64,000 nt of DNA from positions 10,239 to 74,238 of the forward strand of contig CAYLZE010000008.1 in the NCBI GenBank assembly GCA_964388035.1, read 5' to 3'. The DNA is from an uncultured archaeon. Lineage in GTDB: Archaea > Asgardarchaeota > Lokiarchaeia > Sigyniarchaeales > SOKP01. Shown here in pieces: positions 39,466 to 49,476 of this stretch. Numbering within the stretch: position 1 is the stretch's first letter; each line of letters begins with the position of its first letter. The translations under genes and the position numbers were made by a program. The notes beneath the pieces were generated by a model, which saw nothing but the letters and a program-made list of their open reading frames with translations, was not told where the DNA came from and ran no database searches.

Positions 39466-41520
39466 ATGCCTAACGAGGATAAACGAAAATGGGTGGTGAC
39501 TTCGGCTTGGCCTTATGTAAACGCTACACCGCATTTAGGCACGATGGTCGGAAGTGTCTTATCTGCTGACGTTTTTGCCAGATTCCTACGATTATTGGGA
39601 GATGAAGTGGTGTTTGTTTCGGGATCCGATGTTCATGGAACTCCCGTGGCAGTAGAGGCAAAAAAGCAAGGGATTTCTGCTGAGGAATTAGCGGAAAGAA
39701 ATCACGAAATAACCGCTTCATTATTCAAGCGTTGGAATATATCTTATGATAATTACACGCAAACCCATAATCCAACCCATATTGAATTTTGTCAAGATTT
39801 TTATCTTGAAGTGCAAAAAAATGGGTTCGTGGAAGAGAAGGAAATCGAATCGTTATATTGTGAAAAGGATGCCATGTATCTCCCAGATAGATTCGTAGAA
39901 GGGGAATGTCCTTATTGTGGAGCAGAAAATGCAAGAGGGGATCAATGTGATAAATGTCAAAAATTATTAACTCCTTTAGAATTAGTAAAACCTCGATGTG
40001 CGATTTGTGGTAATCCTCCTGTTATTCAGAAAACTAGACACTGGTATTTACTTTTTCCAAAACTACAAGATCAATTGAAAGCGTTTATTGAACAAAATGA
40101 GATCATTCCACAAAATGCCAAGCAATTATGTCTCAATAGTATTGAAGAAGGATTGCCCGAACGTGCTATCACCCGAGATCTGGAATGGGGCATTCCAGCA
40201 AAATTCAAGGGAGCTGAGGGTAAAACTATTTATGTTTGGTTTGAAGCAGTACTGGGATACATTTCTGCAGTAAAGGAGTGGGCGGATAAGATACTTAAAG
40301 TGCCCGAAAAATTCGATTACTTCTGGAAGGATCCTAACACGAGAACGGTTTATTTTATTGGAAAGGATAATATCATTTTTCATTTGATTGTTTTTCCGGG
40401 ACTTATAATGGCTTACAATAAAAATAAAAAGAAAGATGAAAGACTGGTGCTTCCCTATAACGTTTCTTCAACGGAATTTCTCATGTATGAAAATGATAAG
40501 TTTTCTAAATCCAGAGGAGTAGGAATATGGATTGATGAAGCATTGGAATTAGCCCCTTTAGACTATTGGCGGTTCAATTTGATTTATAACAGACCCGAAA
40601 AGAGCGATACGTCTTTTTTATGGTCTGAATTTGAAAATGATATTAAGATGCTAAATGATGTGATTGGAAACTTCATCCACCGCACGTTAACTTTTATCAA
40701 TAAGCAATTCAAGAGCAAAATTCCCGAACAATTAAGCTTCGATGAAAAAGATAAGGCGTTCGCAGTAAAAATTAATTCTATCGCTAAAACTATTGGAAAC
40801 TTGATGGAGCAATTTGAATTAAGAAATGCTCTCCGAGAGATCGTTAATTTTGCGCGAGACGGAAATGTCTATTTAAACGATAAAGCGCCATGGCATCTGA
40901 TTAGCAAGGAGAAAACTTTAGCGGGACAAGTTTTTAACTTATGCGGACAGGCAGTTTATGCTCTTGCAGTTCTACTAGCACCATTTATACCGGATACATC
41001 GCAGAGGATCTTAGAATATTTGAATTATTCTAAGGGATTGGATCACATTGAGTGGAATAGCATATCAGAAAAAGTATTGGAAAATGGGCATTCAATAAAG
41101 AAACCACAACCGTTATTTACAAAATTAGATATTGATGAATTGAAAGAAAAACTAAATGACATTAGGAAGGATAAAAGTAAAATGGTAGAAAAACAGGAAG
41201 ATATTTCATATAATGAATTTAAAAGATTGGATATCAGAATTGCTCAAATACTCGAAGTCGAATCCGTTCCAAAAACAGAGCATTTATTAAAATTGACCAT
41301 TGATATTGGTACAGAAAAAAGAACTCTAGTAGCAGGGTTGGCTCAACATTATAAACCAAATGAATTAATTAACAAAAAAATTGTTGTTCTTACAAATTTA
41401 GAACCGAAAAAACTGAGAGGAATAACAAGTCAAGGGATGCTTTTAGCTGCAGTAGAAGGAGATAAGGTAGCTATTTTAACACCTGATTCAGAAATTCCCC
41501 CGGGAGCCAAGATAGAATAG
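39466..41520 (+). CDS. metG: methionine--tRNA ligase with a C-terminal Trbp111/EMAP-II-like tRNA-binding domain
   Basis: HLGT (HIGH-type) motif, zinc knuckles CPYCG...CDKC and CAICG, KFSKSRG (KMSKS), C-terminal LDIRIAQILEVE...LVAGL. The ATG at 39466 is preceded by AAGAGG. Confidence 0.95.
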   Translation: MPNEDKRKWVVTSAWPYVNATPHLGTMVGSVLSADVFARFLRLLGDEVVFVSGSDVHGTPVAVEAKKQGISAEELAERNHEITASLFKRWNISYDNYTQTHNPTHIEFCQDFYLEVQKNGFVEEKEIESLYCEKDAMYLPDRFVEGECPYCGAENARGDQCDKCQKLLTPLELVKPRCAICGNPPVIQKTRHWYLLFPKLQDQLKAFIEQNEIIPQNAKQLCLNSIEEGLPERAITRDLEWGIPAKFKGAEGKTIYVWFEAVLGYISAVKEWADKILKVPEKFDYFWKDPNTRTVYFIGKDNIIFHLIVFPGLIMAYNKNKKKDERLVLPYNVSSTEFLMYENDKFSKSRGVGIWIDEALELAPLDYWRFNLIYNRPEKSDTSFLWSEFENDIKMLNDVIGNFIHRTLTFINKQFKSKIPEQLSFDEKDKAFAVKINSIAKTIGNLMEQFELRNALREIVNFARDGNVYLNDKAPWHLISKEKTLAGQVFNLCGQAVYALAVLLAPFIPDTSQRILEYLNYSKGLDHIEWNSISEKVLENGHSIKKPQPLFTKLDIDELKEKLNDIRKDKSKMVEKQEDISYNEFKRLDIRIAQILEVESVPKTEHLLKLTIDIGTEKRTLVAGLAQHYKPNELINKKIVVLTNLEPKKLRGITSQGMLLAAVEGDKVAILTPDSEIPPGAKIE

Positions 41521-41521
41521 C

Positions 41522-42745
41522 TCATACTTTTAAAGAAAAAATCGGAGTTAATTTAGCTAGAATTTCTCCTAATTCTAGATACATGGACTTTAAAACCACA
41601 GCTCTCCCACGATATTTGAACTCCAGGTCTGCAACATCGCGAATTATCTTTAACCTCTCTGCTTTTGATAAGGAACAGACAAAATATCTCTGATCTTTAT
41701 ATTCCATGACCTCAATTACATTTTTTATATCTGGTAATGCATATCCTCCTCCGTGTGGTAGGATATTGGCATTTACCAGTTGATCTGAAACTTCTAATTC
41801 TTTTGCTTGGAGATCAAAATTTAAACTTTTTATGATTGTTGACGAGAAATTCGGTTTACCTTTTAATAAATAACAGGAAATATTTGCCCTTAAAGCAACG
41901 GGGAAAATGCTCGATTGGACATAACCACTCATTAAATCCGTACAATTAGCTCCTAAATACATATTATTAAAGTCATTTAAAAATTGATGGAATTGATTGC
42001 TGATTGCTTGATATTTACCAAAAATGTGTTCTGCTATTAATTCTCTTTTAACTTTTGAGAATTTACTTACTTTTTGATTGAAGCGGTAATAGTCTTTTGC
42101 ATTTGAATCTAAAAGCAGATGTTGGATTGTTCCAAATACCGTTGATTCTCTTATAGAAAGATCCTTTAAAGTCTGTGATTTGTCCACGTAAAGGCCCATG
42201 CCATATGTATCATCCTTAAATTCGGGTACAGAACCGTGAATGAAGAATATATAGGGAGGTAACTTAATATCAGAATAATTTTGTATTTTAAAGCAATTTA
42301 TAAAGTGATTTGAAACATTAAAATCCCACGTGATTTTAATATCCCATCCATTTAATGAATAGTAAAGAGGGGAAGTTTTTATTTCGTCAATTTTTTTTAT
42401 AATTTCTAACGCTTCTGGCTTTTCCTCCAAACCACCCACTAAAATTCCACAATAATTTGGTTTTGTATTAAGAAATATGGCATGTTCTTTTCCATTTCCC
42501 CAGTTCAGTTTTCCTCCATATCCAAATCCGGAATTCCAACGGAATGGATTCTTTGAGATGGTCTCATCGGGGGAGGAAATAAAGCAAGCTTTAGGGGTAA
42601 ACCCGTATTTTTCTTGAATAAGGTGAATTTGAGCCAAGCCATAAGCCATGTTCTTTTTACATAAAATAGAAGCACCATCATTAATTCCCGTAGAAAAAAT
42701 GAATCTACTGGCTCTGTTCAATAATTCTGATTTAGATAATTTCAC
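41522..42745 (-). CDS. divergent RtcB-like protein (putative RNA ligase superfamily member)
   Basis: Ordered remnants of RtcB motifs: NYCGILVGG (like D-I-N-C-G), VSNHFINCF (like GSGNHF), IHGSVPEF (like HxGSRG), NQFHQF, LPHGGGYAL (like HGAGR). Confidence 0.4.
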   Translation of the reverse strand: MKLSKSELLNRASRFIFSTGINDGASILCKKNMAYGLAQIHLIQEKYGFTPKACFISSPDETISKNPFRWNSGFGYGGKLNWGNGKEHAIFLNTKPNYCGILVGGLEEKPEALEIIKKIDEIKTSPLYYSLNGWDIKITWDFNVSNHFINCFKIQNYSDIKLPPYIFFIHGSVPEFKDDTYGMGLYVDKSQTLKDLSIRESTVFGTIQHLLLDSNAKDYYRFNQKVSKFSKVKRELIAEHIFGKYQAISNQFHQFLNDFNNMYLGANCTDLMSGYVQSSIFPVALRANISCYLLKGKPNFSSTIIKSLNFDLQAKELEVSDQLVNANILPHGGGYALPDIKNVIEVMEYKDQRYFVCSLSKAERLKIIRDVADLEFKYRGRAVVLKSMYLELGEILAKLTPIFSLKV

Positions 42746-42839
42746 TAAGTTCTGTGTTGCGATGGAAATGAAAGATCCACCTCCGTAGTTTTATTTATGT
42801 ACAATTAAGTATTTATATATACGCATTATATATTTAAGA

Positions 42840-43490
42840 TTGACCGTGTTAAATTACAATATGGACCAGAATATGGTTTTGTATGACGATTTCAAAGGTA
42901 TCCTATCGAATGGATCTTTTACTGGTTGTTCAATCATAACGAAATGTCAGGATTCATCTAATTCCATCATTTTTTCTGATAACATAACCATTTCGGAAGA
43001 TCAGAAAATTGTGATTAAAGAGGGATTGAAAATTGGTTTTAGTTTAAATTTAAATAAGGAAACCGCTTTTTCTGAAAAGAGAGATTTTACCTGGGAAGAA
43101 GATTTTACTTCTTTAGAATATTCCGTATTAATTCCCGAACGTGTCATGGAATTATACGATGAAGGGCGATTTTCTGAATCATATCCTTTCACTATTAATT
43201 TATTGCATACTGCGGGGCTTTTTTTTCGAACAGCAAATGGAGGAAATTTAAACCATCTGGATTTTGTTATTGGAGAAATAATAAAAAATCCCATTTGTTT
43301 AATCGAAAATGGGATTATAGTAGCAGATAGAGTTGTTATTGATGATAGAGGAGATCCCGTTTTTTATGATTGCATTATAGTTGGGAGAGACCAAGAAGAT
43401 AATCTTTCTGTTTCATATGAACCATTTGCAAACGTTTCAGAAGGACTGATTTACATAATCATTTTAGGAAAAGAATCCTTAAGGGAATGA
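42840..43490 (+). CDS. hypothetical protein
   Basis: 216-aa ORF, 10 nt upstream of the P-loop gene on the same strand. No recognisable motif. TTG start. Confidence 0.4.
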   Translation: MTVLNYNMDQNMVLYDDFKGILSNGSFTGCSIITKCQDSSNSIIFSDNITISEDQKIVIKEGLKIGFSLNLNKETAFSEKRDFTWEEDFTSLEYSVLIPERVMELYDEGRFSESYPFTINLLHTAGLFFRTANGGNLNHLDFVIGEIIKNPICLIENGIIVADRVVIDDRGDPVFYDCIIVGRDQEDNLSVSYEPFANVSEGLIYIIILGKESLRE

Positions 43491-43500
43491 AAATATTTGA

Positions 43501-44763
43501 TTGAAAGGGTTAATAAGAATGCTATTATATGAAAATAAAAAGAAGAAATTTTTACGAATACTCCAAATCGGGATAAATCCCTTTCAAAAATTTGTATCTA
43601 CAGGAGAAATCAAGGAAACCCTTGGAATGGTTCCCTCAAGGAAAGATTTTATGGATGCAATCATAGATCTTATCGAGAGTAATGAAAATTTCATTCTCCC
43701 AATCATTGGAGATACTGGAAGAGGAAAGACCCACTTGTTCTGGGCATTACGAAATGAATTAACCTACAATTATATCGTCCATATTTCCCCAGAGAATCTT
43801 TATCGCAAGTTTTATTATAATATATATTCCGAATTCATAGAAACTTTAGGGATAAATGTGCTACGAAGTATAACAAATCAATTATGTAATCAATGGGGCG
43901 CCCTGGAGAGAAAATTTGGATTTTTTTATTTAGCCGATATAGAGAAAGTGCGAAAGATGGCTTTTAACACGTTAGAATCGCAATTTAAAAATAAGGAAGC
44001 CTTAAAGGATGTCATTCAAACCATAACTTCTCATCAATTAGATCCTTATAGAAGGTTGGATGCGGAAAATTGGTTATTAGGGAATATCATGGATTTCAAA
44101 GAGCTTTCAATGTTAAACGTGCAAAATGATCTAAGTAAAAGTATCTATGCCTATACCATGTTAAAATTATTGATCGAAAATGCAAAACTTGAAAGTATTG
44201 TTTTCATTGACGATTTTGATCGAATTCTCTCTCTTTTAAAATTCGAAGAAGAAGTGGAAGAAGTTTTCGATCCAAGTTGGTTATATGGCAAAAATGAAGA
44301 ACAATCTATTTCCAGAAGTAACACCATCATGAAAGTTATTGATAAGATTTCTGAATTAGTGCAGATACAGGGGTTAAAGTGCATTATAACTCTCCGGTCT
44401 CTGGATGCTCTTGAACAAATTAAGGAATTATTCAGCAAAACACATTTAGAAACCTTATCTCTCTTTAAACAACCCTTATTTTTGACAGATTTTAACAGAA
44501 ATGATATTTTTTATTTTTATAGAGAGTATATAAAAATCTTTTTGGACGATATTGGGTTTCCAGAATTATTAGATTTGAATACAGATCCATACTATCCTCT
44601 TACTGAAAAAATCCTTCATGACTTTTTTTCAATTTCCCAAGGAAATCCAAGAAATGTAATTAAGACATTAATCAACATTTTTAACGAAATAATCATGAGT
44701 AATGAAAGTCTTGAAGATATTATCGCAAATTATGAAAAAATAGCTCATCCTAAATCGTTTTGA
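43501..44763 (+). CDS. P-loop NTPase (AAA/archaeal-ATPase-like)
   Basis: Walker A GDTGRGKTH and Walker B-like IVFIDDFDR. The first ATG is at 43519. Confidence 0.55.
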   Translation: MKGLIRMLLYENKKKKFLRILQIGINPFQKFVSTGEIKETLGMVPSRKDFMDAIIDLIESNENFILPIIGDTGRGKTHLFWALRNELTYNYIVHISPENLYRKFYYNIYSEFIETLGINVLRSITNQLCNQWGALERKFGFFYLADIEKVRKMAFNTLESQFKNKEALKDVIQTITSHQLDPYRRLDAENWLLGNIMDFKELSMLNVQNDLSKSIYAYTMLKLLIENAKLESIVFIDDFDRILSLLKFEEEVEEVFDPSWLYGKNEEQSISRSNTIMKVIDKISELVQIQGLKCIITLRSLDALEQIKELFSKTHLETLSLFKQPLFLTDFNRNDIFYFYREYIKIFLDDIGFPELLDLNTDPYYPLTEKILHDFFSISQGNPRNVIKTLINIFNEIIMSNESLEDIIANYEKIAHPKSF

Positions 44764-45493
44764 GGAATATCTTGATGTAAATGTCTATTTCATTCAAGAT
44801 CATTTCTTTAACCTCCTTTTCCCATTTCGCATTCTCAACCAGCAACTTGAAGGAATTTAATGATCCGAATTTTAATGGATTATCAAATATAATAACAAGA
44901 AGCTTACGTATCATTCTTTTATTTAATTTTTTACGAAATTCAGCTTCATTTAAAATATCGAATAAGGCCTTTTCCTCCTTTACATGCTCATTAATTATCT
45001 TAGAAGTAAGCTCCCCAATTCTTGAATTATTATCTTCCAATAAAAGAATGATATCCTTTAAAAGTTCATTATTGATCTCTTTTAAATTACTTATAAAATT
45101 AAGAGCACTGATTCTGATTAAGTCATAATCCTCCTTCAAACTAACTTGGAATAATGACATGTTTTGATCTGAAATGGGATTCATATCCGAAATCTTATCT
45201 AATGCTTGAATTATCTCATTTCGAATCCATCTATCGGAGTTAAAATAAGAATCATTAAGATAATCGATGTATTTTTTTGGAAGTTTTTCTTTTTGTCCAA
45301 TATTCCCTAGTAGATAAATTATATTTATCTTTACTTTTTCAAGGAATGAAGAATTGAAAGAGCTTATTAAAAAATCTATTACTTGTAAGTGATCTGAGCT
45401 AGCATCTTGCCCTAAAGTGAGTAAGACATCATTAATCTTTTCAGGGTTTTTCTCTTTCTTAATGCTTTTCAATATTTCATCTAGTGATTTCAA
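44750..45493 (-). CDS. HEAT/PBS-lyase-type repeat protein
   Basis: Repeats such as NSDRWIRNEIIQALDKISD and EDYDLIRISALNFISNL in an all-helical pattern. The 3' end overlaps the convergent P-loop gene by 14 nt. Confidence 0.45.
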   Translation of the reverse strand: MKSLDEILKSIKKEKNPEKINDVLLTLGQDASSDHLQVIDFLISSFNSSFLEKVKINIIYLLGNIGQKEKLPKKYIDYLNDSYFNSDRWIRNEIIQALDKISDMNPISDQNMSLFQVSLKEDYDLIRISALNFISNLKEINNELLKDIILLLEDNNSRIGELTSKIINEHVKEEKALFDILNEAEFRKKLNKRMIRKLLVIIFDNPLKFGSLNSFKLLVENAKWEKEVKEMILNEIDIYIKIFLKTI

Positions 45494-45620
45494 GTTATCA
45501 TTCCGAAATACGCATTGATCAATATTAATGCTTCATGCTTTATATTTCATTCATGTAGAAATGGAGTACTGAAGAAAATGCAACGTAAATAAACCAAGAT
45601 AATGGCGCTTGATGGCGGAA

Positions 45621-45869
45621 TCAACGCTTAATTTTCTTCCGAAAATCTAGTACATCTTCATTTATATCTAAAACAATATAGTTCTTCACTCTTTGAGCAA
45701 TGGCGTGTAAATAATCCCATTCTGCATCAATGAAGTTTCCACATGATGAACAATATGGACTTGCTGAACTACTGGGTTTGTAAATTTTTTGCATTAGAGG
45801 TTTAAAACAATATGGACATTTTTCTGGATAAGCATCGATTATTTTTTGAATTTTCGCAAGTTCATCCAT
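45621..45869 (-). CDS. small zinc-ribbon protein
   Basis: 82 aa with a CPYC...CSSCGN pair. Confidence 0.45.
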   Translation of the reverse strand: MDELAKIQKIIDAYPEKCPYCFKPLMQKIYKPSSSASPYCSSCGNFIDAEWDYLHAIAQRVKNYIVLDINEDVLDFRKKIKR

Positions 45870-45966
45870 TTTTTGTCACCTTTTTAGGAACAATTCATTG
45901 AATGAATATTATTATTTATAAATTAAAAATGGATTTATTATTATTTAAAGAAATTTCTTATTTTTT

Positions 45967-46710
45967 TCATTTAATTCTATTACCTACAACTCCGACGTAT
46001 AATGCGATCTCTTCTTTTCCATCAATACCTAATATCGTATTTAATTCGTCATCATAAATTGCTCCTATCGTGCAAGCCCCCAGATTTAATGCTTCCGCAA
46101 CTAAATAAAAGTTTTGTGCGATATGTCCGCAATCTAGATAAAGATAGCGATAGCATCTCTGTAAATATTTCCATTTAGAGCGTTCAATCATGGCGGTCCA
46201 TATTACATTCACGGCAGATTTATATGCCATTTTTTGATCTAAACAAGCTTTTGCAACATCCAAGCTAAAATCCCCTATTTTAATCAGTTCAAGAGCATGA
46301 TCTGAGATATTATAATGGTAAATCCCTTTTTTCAAGTCAACAACATTATTGCTTGTTATATAAACCTCAATAGGATACAATCCTCCTGCAGAAGGGCTTA
46401 CGCGAAAAGAGAATTGGGGATATACTCTTGTTATGCCCGTCATTCCAAATAATAAGAGACTTAATTGCATCAAAGTGAGAGGCTCACTGGAAAAATTTCT
46501 TGTTGAGTGCCGATTGATCAACACGGTCCAAAAATCTTTCTTATCATTGAATTCAGTGAATTCAGGTCTTGGTAATTGAATAGTATCTAAAGCATCTTTA
46601 TAAACTTTATATGGCGCAGGTTGATGCTCCCAATCTAACTGATGTCTTGGTAATCTGCCCCTATGATACTTGGACTTTTCTTGGAAATTATCCCCATAAT
46701 TTTCATTCAT
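45967..46710 (-). CDS. SagB/ThcOx-type nitroreductase-family dehydrogenase
   Basis: YHRGRLPRHQLDWEHQPAPYKVY N-terminal motif, RHSTRNF, PSAGGLYPIEVY, ACTIGA. Confidence 0.65.
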   Translation of the reverse strand: MNENYGDNFQEKSKYHRGRLPRHQLDWEHQPAPYKVYKDALDTIQLPRPEFTEFNDKKDFWTVLINRHSTRNFSSEPLTLMQLSLLLFGMTGITRVYPQFSFRVSPSAGGLYPIEVYITSNNVVDLKKGIYHYNISDHALELIKIGDFSLDVAKACLDQKMAYKSAVNVIWTAMIERSKWKYLQRCYRYLYLDCGHIAQNFYLVAEALNLGACTIGAIYDDELNTILGIDGKEEIALYVGVVGNRIK

Positions 46711-46950
46711 TGAGAATTATATTCCAAGAATACAATAAAAATTTTAATTTAATGAATTATAATTTAGCTGATCTTCTCATGTCCTTAATCCGGAATATAA
46801 ATAATGACAAATGAATGAGAAAAAATTATAAAAAAATTATTATATTGTAAGAATTTATCCTAAAATCACAAGCATTTTCATTCAATTTAAATTTCATTAA
46901 CACAACAATGGGATTTAGAATTAATCGTTTTGAATTAAAGTAAAAAAAAA

Positions 46951-47604
46951 TCAAACAAACAGTATCTTATCATCTTTTATTTTTTGAATAAATTCTCCTA
47001 ACCACTCCAGTCTTGCTAAAAGTTCTTTATATGGTCGTTCAAAAAGTGCTAAAAGATTATTTAGAACTGGTTTCAATTCTTCTGTTATTAAAAAATGCCC
47101 CGCTATATCACCTTTTTTTCCCCTCTTTAATCCATCGACGTATGATTTTAGAGAATCAATACTCTTTTTTGTCATTAATGCGTAATTTTCTAAAGAATTA
47201 ATTGCTTTTTGTTTACTTAATAATCCAATATACCCAATAGCTAAATCAAAGGGATTTTTTAAAATAATAGGTGTTGATAAGAAACGTTCCATATGATCCA
47301 GTAAGGCTCTTTCTCCATTTTCAGTAGAAAAATATTTTTTTATTCTTCTTTGATTTGCTACATCCTCTTCTGAAATTAAATAACCATATTCTTCCAAGCG
47401 ATTCAAGCAATTATACACCGTGGAATACTGGATATCAACCCATGTTGGATATTTTGCTTCCCTCATTTCAGAAATTATTTCTTTACCTGTTATCCCATCA
47501 AACCTATCCATGGATTTCCGAGAAATAATAATACCTAAAATAGCTACATCACTAATAGGGAGTTCATCGGGAGGGGTTTTGATTGATTTATGCTTATCAT
47601 TCAA
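46951..47604 (-). CDS. PadR-family transcriptional regulator with a C-terminal extension
   Basis: ILGIIISRKSMDRFDGITGKEIISEM...STVYNCLNRLEEYGYLISEE winged helix. Confidence 0.55.
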   Translation of the reverse strand: MNDKHKSIKTPPDELPISDVAILGIIISRKSMDRFDGITGKEIISEMREAKYPTWVDIQYSTVYNCLNRLEEYGYLISEEDVANQRRIKKYFSTENGERALLDHMERFLSTPIILKNPFDLAIGYIGLLSKQKAINSLENYALMTKKSIDSLKSYVDGLKRGKKGDIAGHFLITEELKPVLNNLLALFERPYKELLARLEWLGEFIQKIKDDKILFV

Positions 47605-47670
47605 GAATATAATTCACAGTTTTATTTATAATTGAAAATAATTTTACTTTTTAATTAAAAAAAAACCTGT

Positions 47671-48159
47671 TTATTCTAATAATAAGTTAATTTCTGTTTG
47701 CCACTTATTCTGATCCGGTTCCTTATGAGGATCAGTTAAATAAACTTCCCACCAAATATTTGTATATTTATAGCCTTCTTTCTGAATCCACTCTTTCATG
47801 ATATCATATATTTTAGAAATCTTTCGAAGCTTACCGGTATATATATAATAAGCCGTCTTCCCACTGGGAAGATTACTCGATTCAATCTCTCCTTCTGGTG
47901 TTATGGGTTCTGAAATGGGCATTCCTACCTCTATTTCTCCTTTACCTTTTTCAAAACCATAATAAATAGCAAGTGGGGCTCCAATGGGTTGAATCCTCTT
48001 TTCCTCTAAGAAAGAAAATAATTTCATCATTAATTTAGGAAATACTTTTGGTATTTGCCATGCTTTTATCTTCTTTTTAATAGACGCAATAGGTTGAGAT
48101 TCTAATTCTCTCAGTTCTACCTTATCGTTCATTTTTCCACCTTTCAAATTTTTTTTCAT
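47671..48159 (-). CDS. GyrI-like small-molecule-binding domain protein
   Basis: IASIKKK...PLAIYYG...EVGMPI...YYIYTGKLRKISKIYDIMKEWIQKEGY...WEVYLTDP. The true start is probably the ATG at 48132. Confidence 0.5.
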   Translation of the reverse strand: MKKNLKGGKMNDKVELRELESQPIASIKKKIKAWQIPKVFPKLMMKLFSFLEEKRIQPIGAPLAIYYGFEKGKGEIEVGMPISEPITPEGEIESSNLPSGKTAYYIYTGKLRKISKIYDIMKEWIQKEGYKYTNIWWEVYLTDPHKEPDQNKWQTEINLLLE

Positions 48160-48374
48160 TACACTTCTAATTTATAAAAAAATCAAATTCCTTATTTTTT
48201 AATGCTGGATCCATCATTGGATCTATATTTAGATCGAAATAATCTTCCTATTTAAATTTGATTAATCTAACTTTTCCCTATACTCCTCAGTTAAAAATAG
48301 GTTTTTGAATAACTCATATCCCTTTAATAAAAATTTAATAAAAAGTATTAAAATGATTTTAGTTTTTTTTTCTC

Positions 48375-48740
48375 ATGAATGAAAAGATGAGTTTAAAAGA
48401 TTTATTCATATCATGGGAATCTTTTAATTCAAACATTTCAGAATCATTTAATTCATTAGATTTTTCCAGCGTGAGGGACGTGCGAAATAAACAAAGAGAA
48501 ATTGAGGATATAATTTACGCTTCCCTATTGGAAAATGCTCCTGAAGATTTAAAGCAAATTCTTCCGGAAGATTGCGGAGAAATGGAAATTGGGTATGATA
48601 TAGGCAATGAGAAATTTTACTTTTTAATGGAGGATCCTTTTTCCGATCCTGAAGAAGAGGAATTAAAAATTTTAGCAATCACTATAGATACTGACAGTAA
48701 AGTGGAGACAATAAAGGATTTTCACGTTGATGAAGATTAA
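48375..48740 (+). CDS. hypothetical acidic protein
   Basis: 121-aa ORF rich in D/E, with no recognisable motif. Confidence 0.3.
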   Translation: MNEKMSLKDLFISWESFNSNISESFNSLDFSSVRDVRNKQREIEDIIYASLLENAPEDLKQILPEDCGEMEIGYDIGNEKFYFLMEDPFSDPEEEELKILAITIDTDSKVETIKDFHVDED

Positions 48741-49476
48741 TTCCTTAATCTCTCTCATAATTATAAGTATAAAAGAAAATAATACCCTAGAACGCACTCA
48801 TTCCTATAGAATTGTAAATTCAAGGATTAATTTTAAAATCTTACTTATTTTACTTATTCCCTTGAAATTATTTTATTATAATATTGAATCCATGAGGAAT
48901 TCAAAGCAATTAAACAAAAAACTTGTCGAGTCCTCACACTTAAATTAATAACTAATTTTTTTTTAATTCAAAGGATAAAATCTAGATTTAATTAAAAAAG
49001 GAGGAGCATGAAACGAGAAAATGTAAATATTACTCTGCTTGCATGTATCATGATTCCGAGAGTATTACCTGCAGAAAATTAAGCGGTGAAGGGTGCGGTA
49101 AAAAAAAAGAATTTGATGATTATTCATACTCAAAACATGGAAAAGAAATCTCGATTAATAGAGAAAAACAATCAATATCACTTTTATTCGATATTTAATT
49201 ATTTTTCAAAAATTTTCTCTTTTCTTTCGCATCCCAATTCATTGAATAAATCACTTTATTTTTCTTAATTTTTAATATAATAGCAATACTTTATAGGATT
49301 CATGAGCATGAACGATTAAGAAATGATTCCACTAACCATGTTTTCCAATTTAATTATTTATTATTAAAAATAGCAGGTAAATTATTTAATGGATAGAAGG
49401 GGAAAAAAAAATTTTAATAGTTATTTTATTAAACAATGCTTCTACTCAAAATGAGAGAGATTTCATTATCAAACGG

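Noticed and set aside
45967-46710. The SagB-type dehydrogenase as a marker of a thiazole/oxazole (TOMM) RiPP cluster.
   Set aside because: No YcaO or cyclodehydratase gene and no obvious precursor lie nearby. Stand-alone SagB/ThcOx-like nitroreductases are common.
48990-49200. Small ORFs after a strong AAGGAGG at about 48998. One is MKRENVNITLLACIMIPRVLPAEN, and a Cys-containing alternative frame reads ..RKCKYYSACMYHDSESITCRKLSGEGCGKK..
   Set aside because: The frames conflict, the Cys-rich frame has no start before an internal Met, and I can judge no conservation. The evidence is insufficient.
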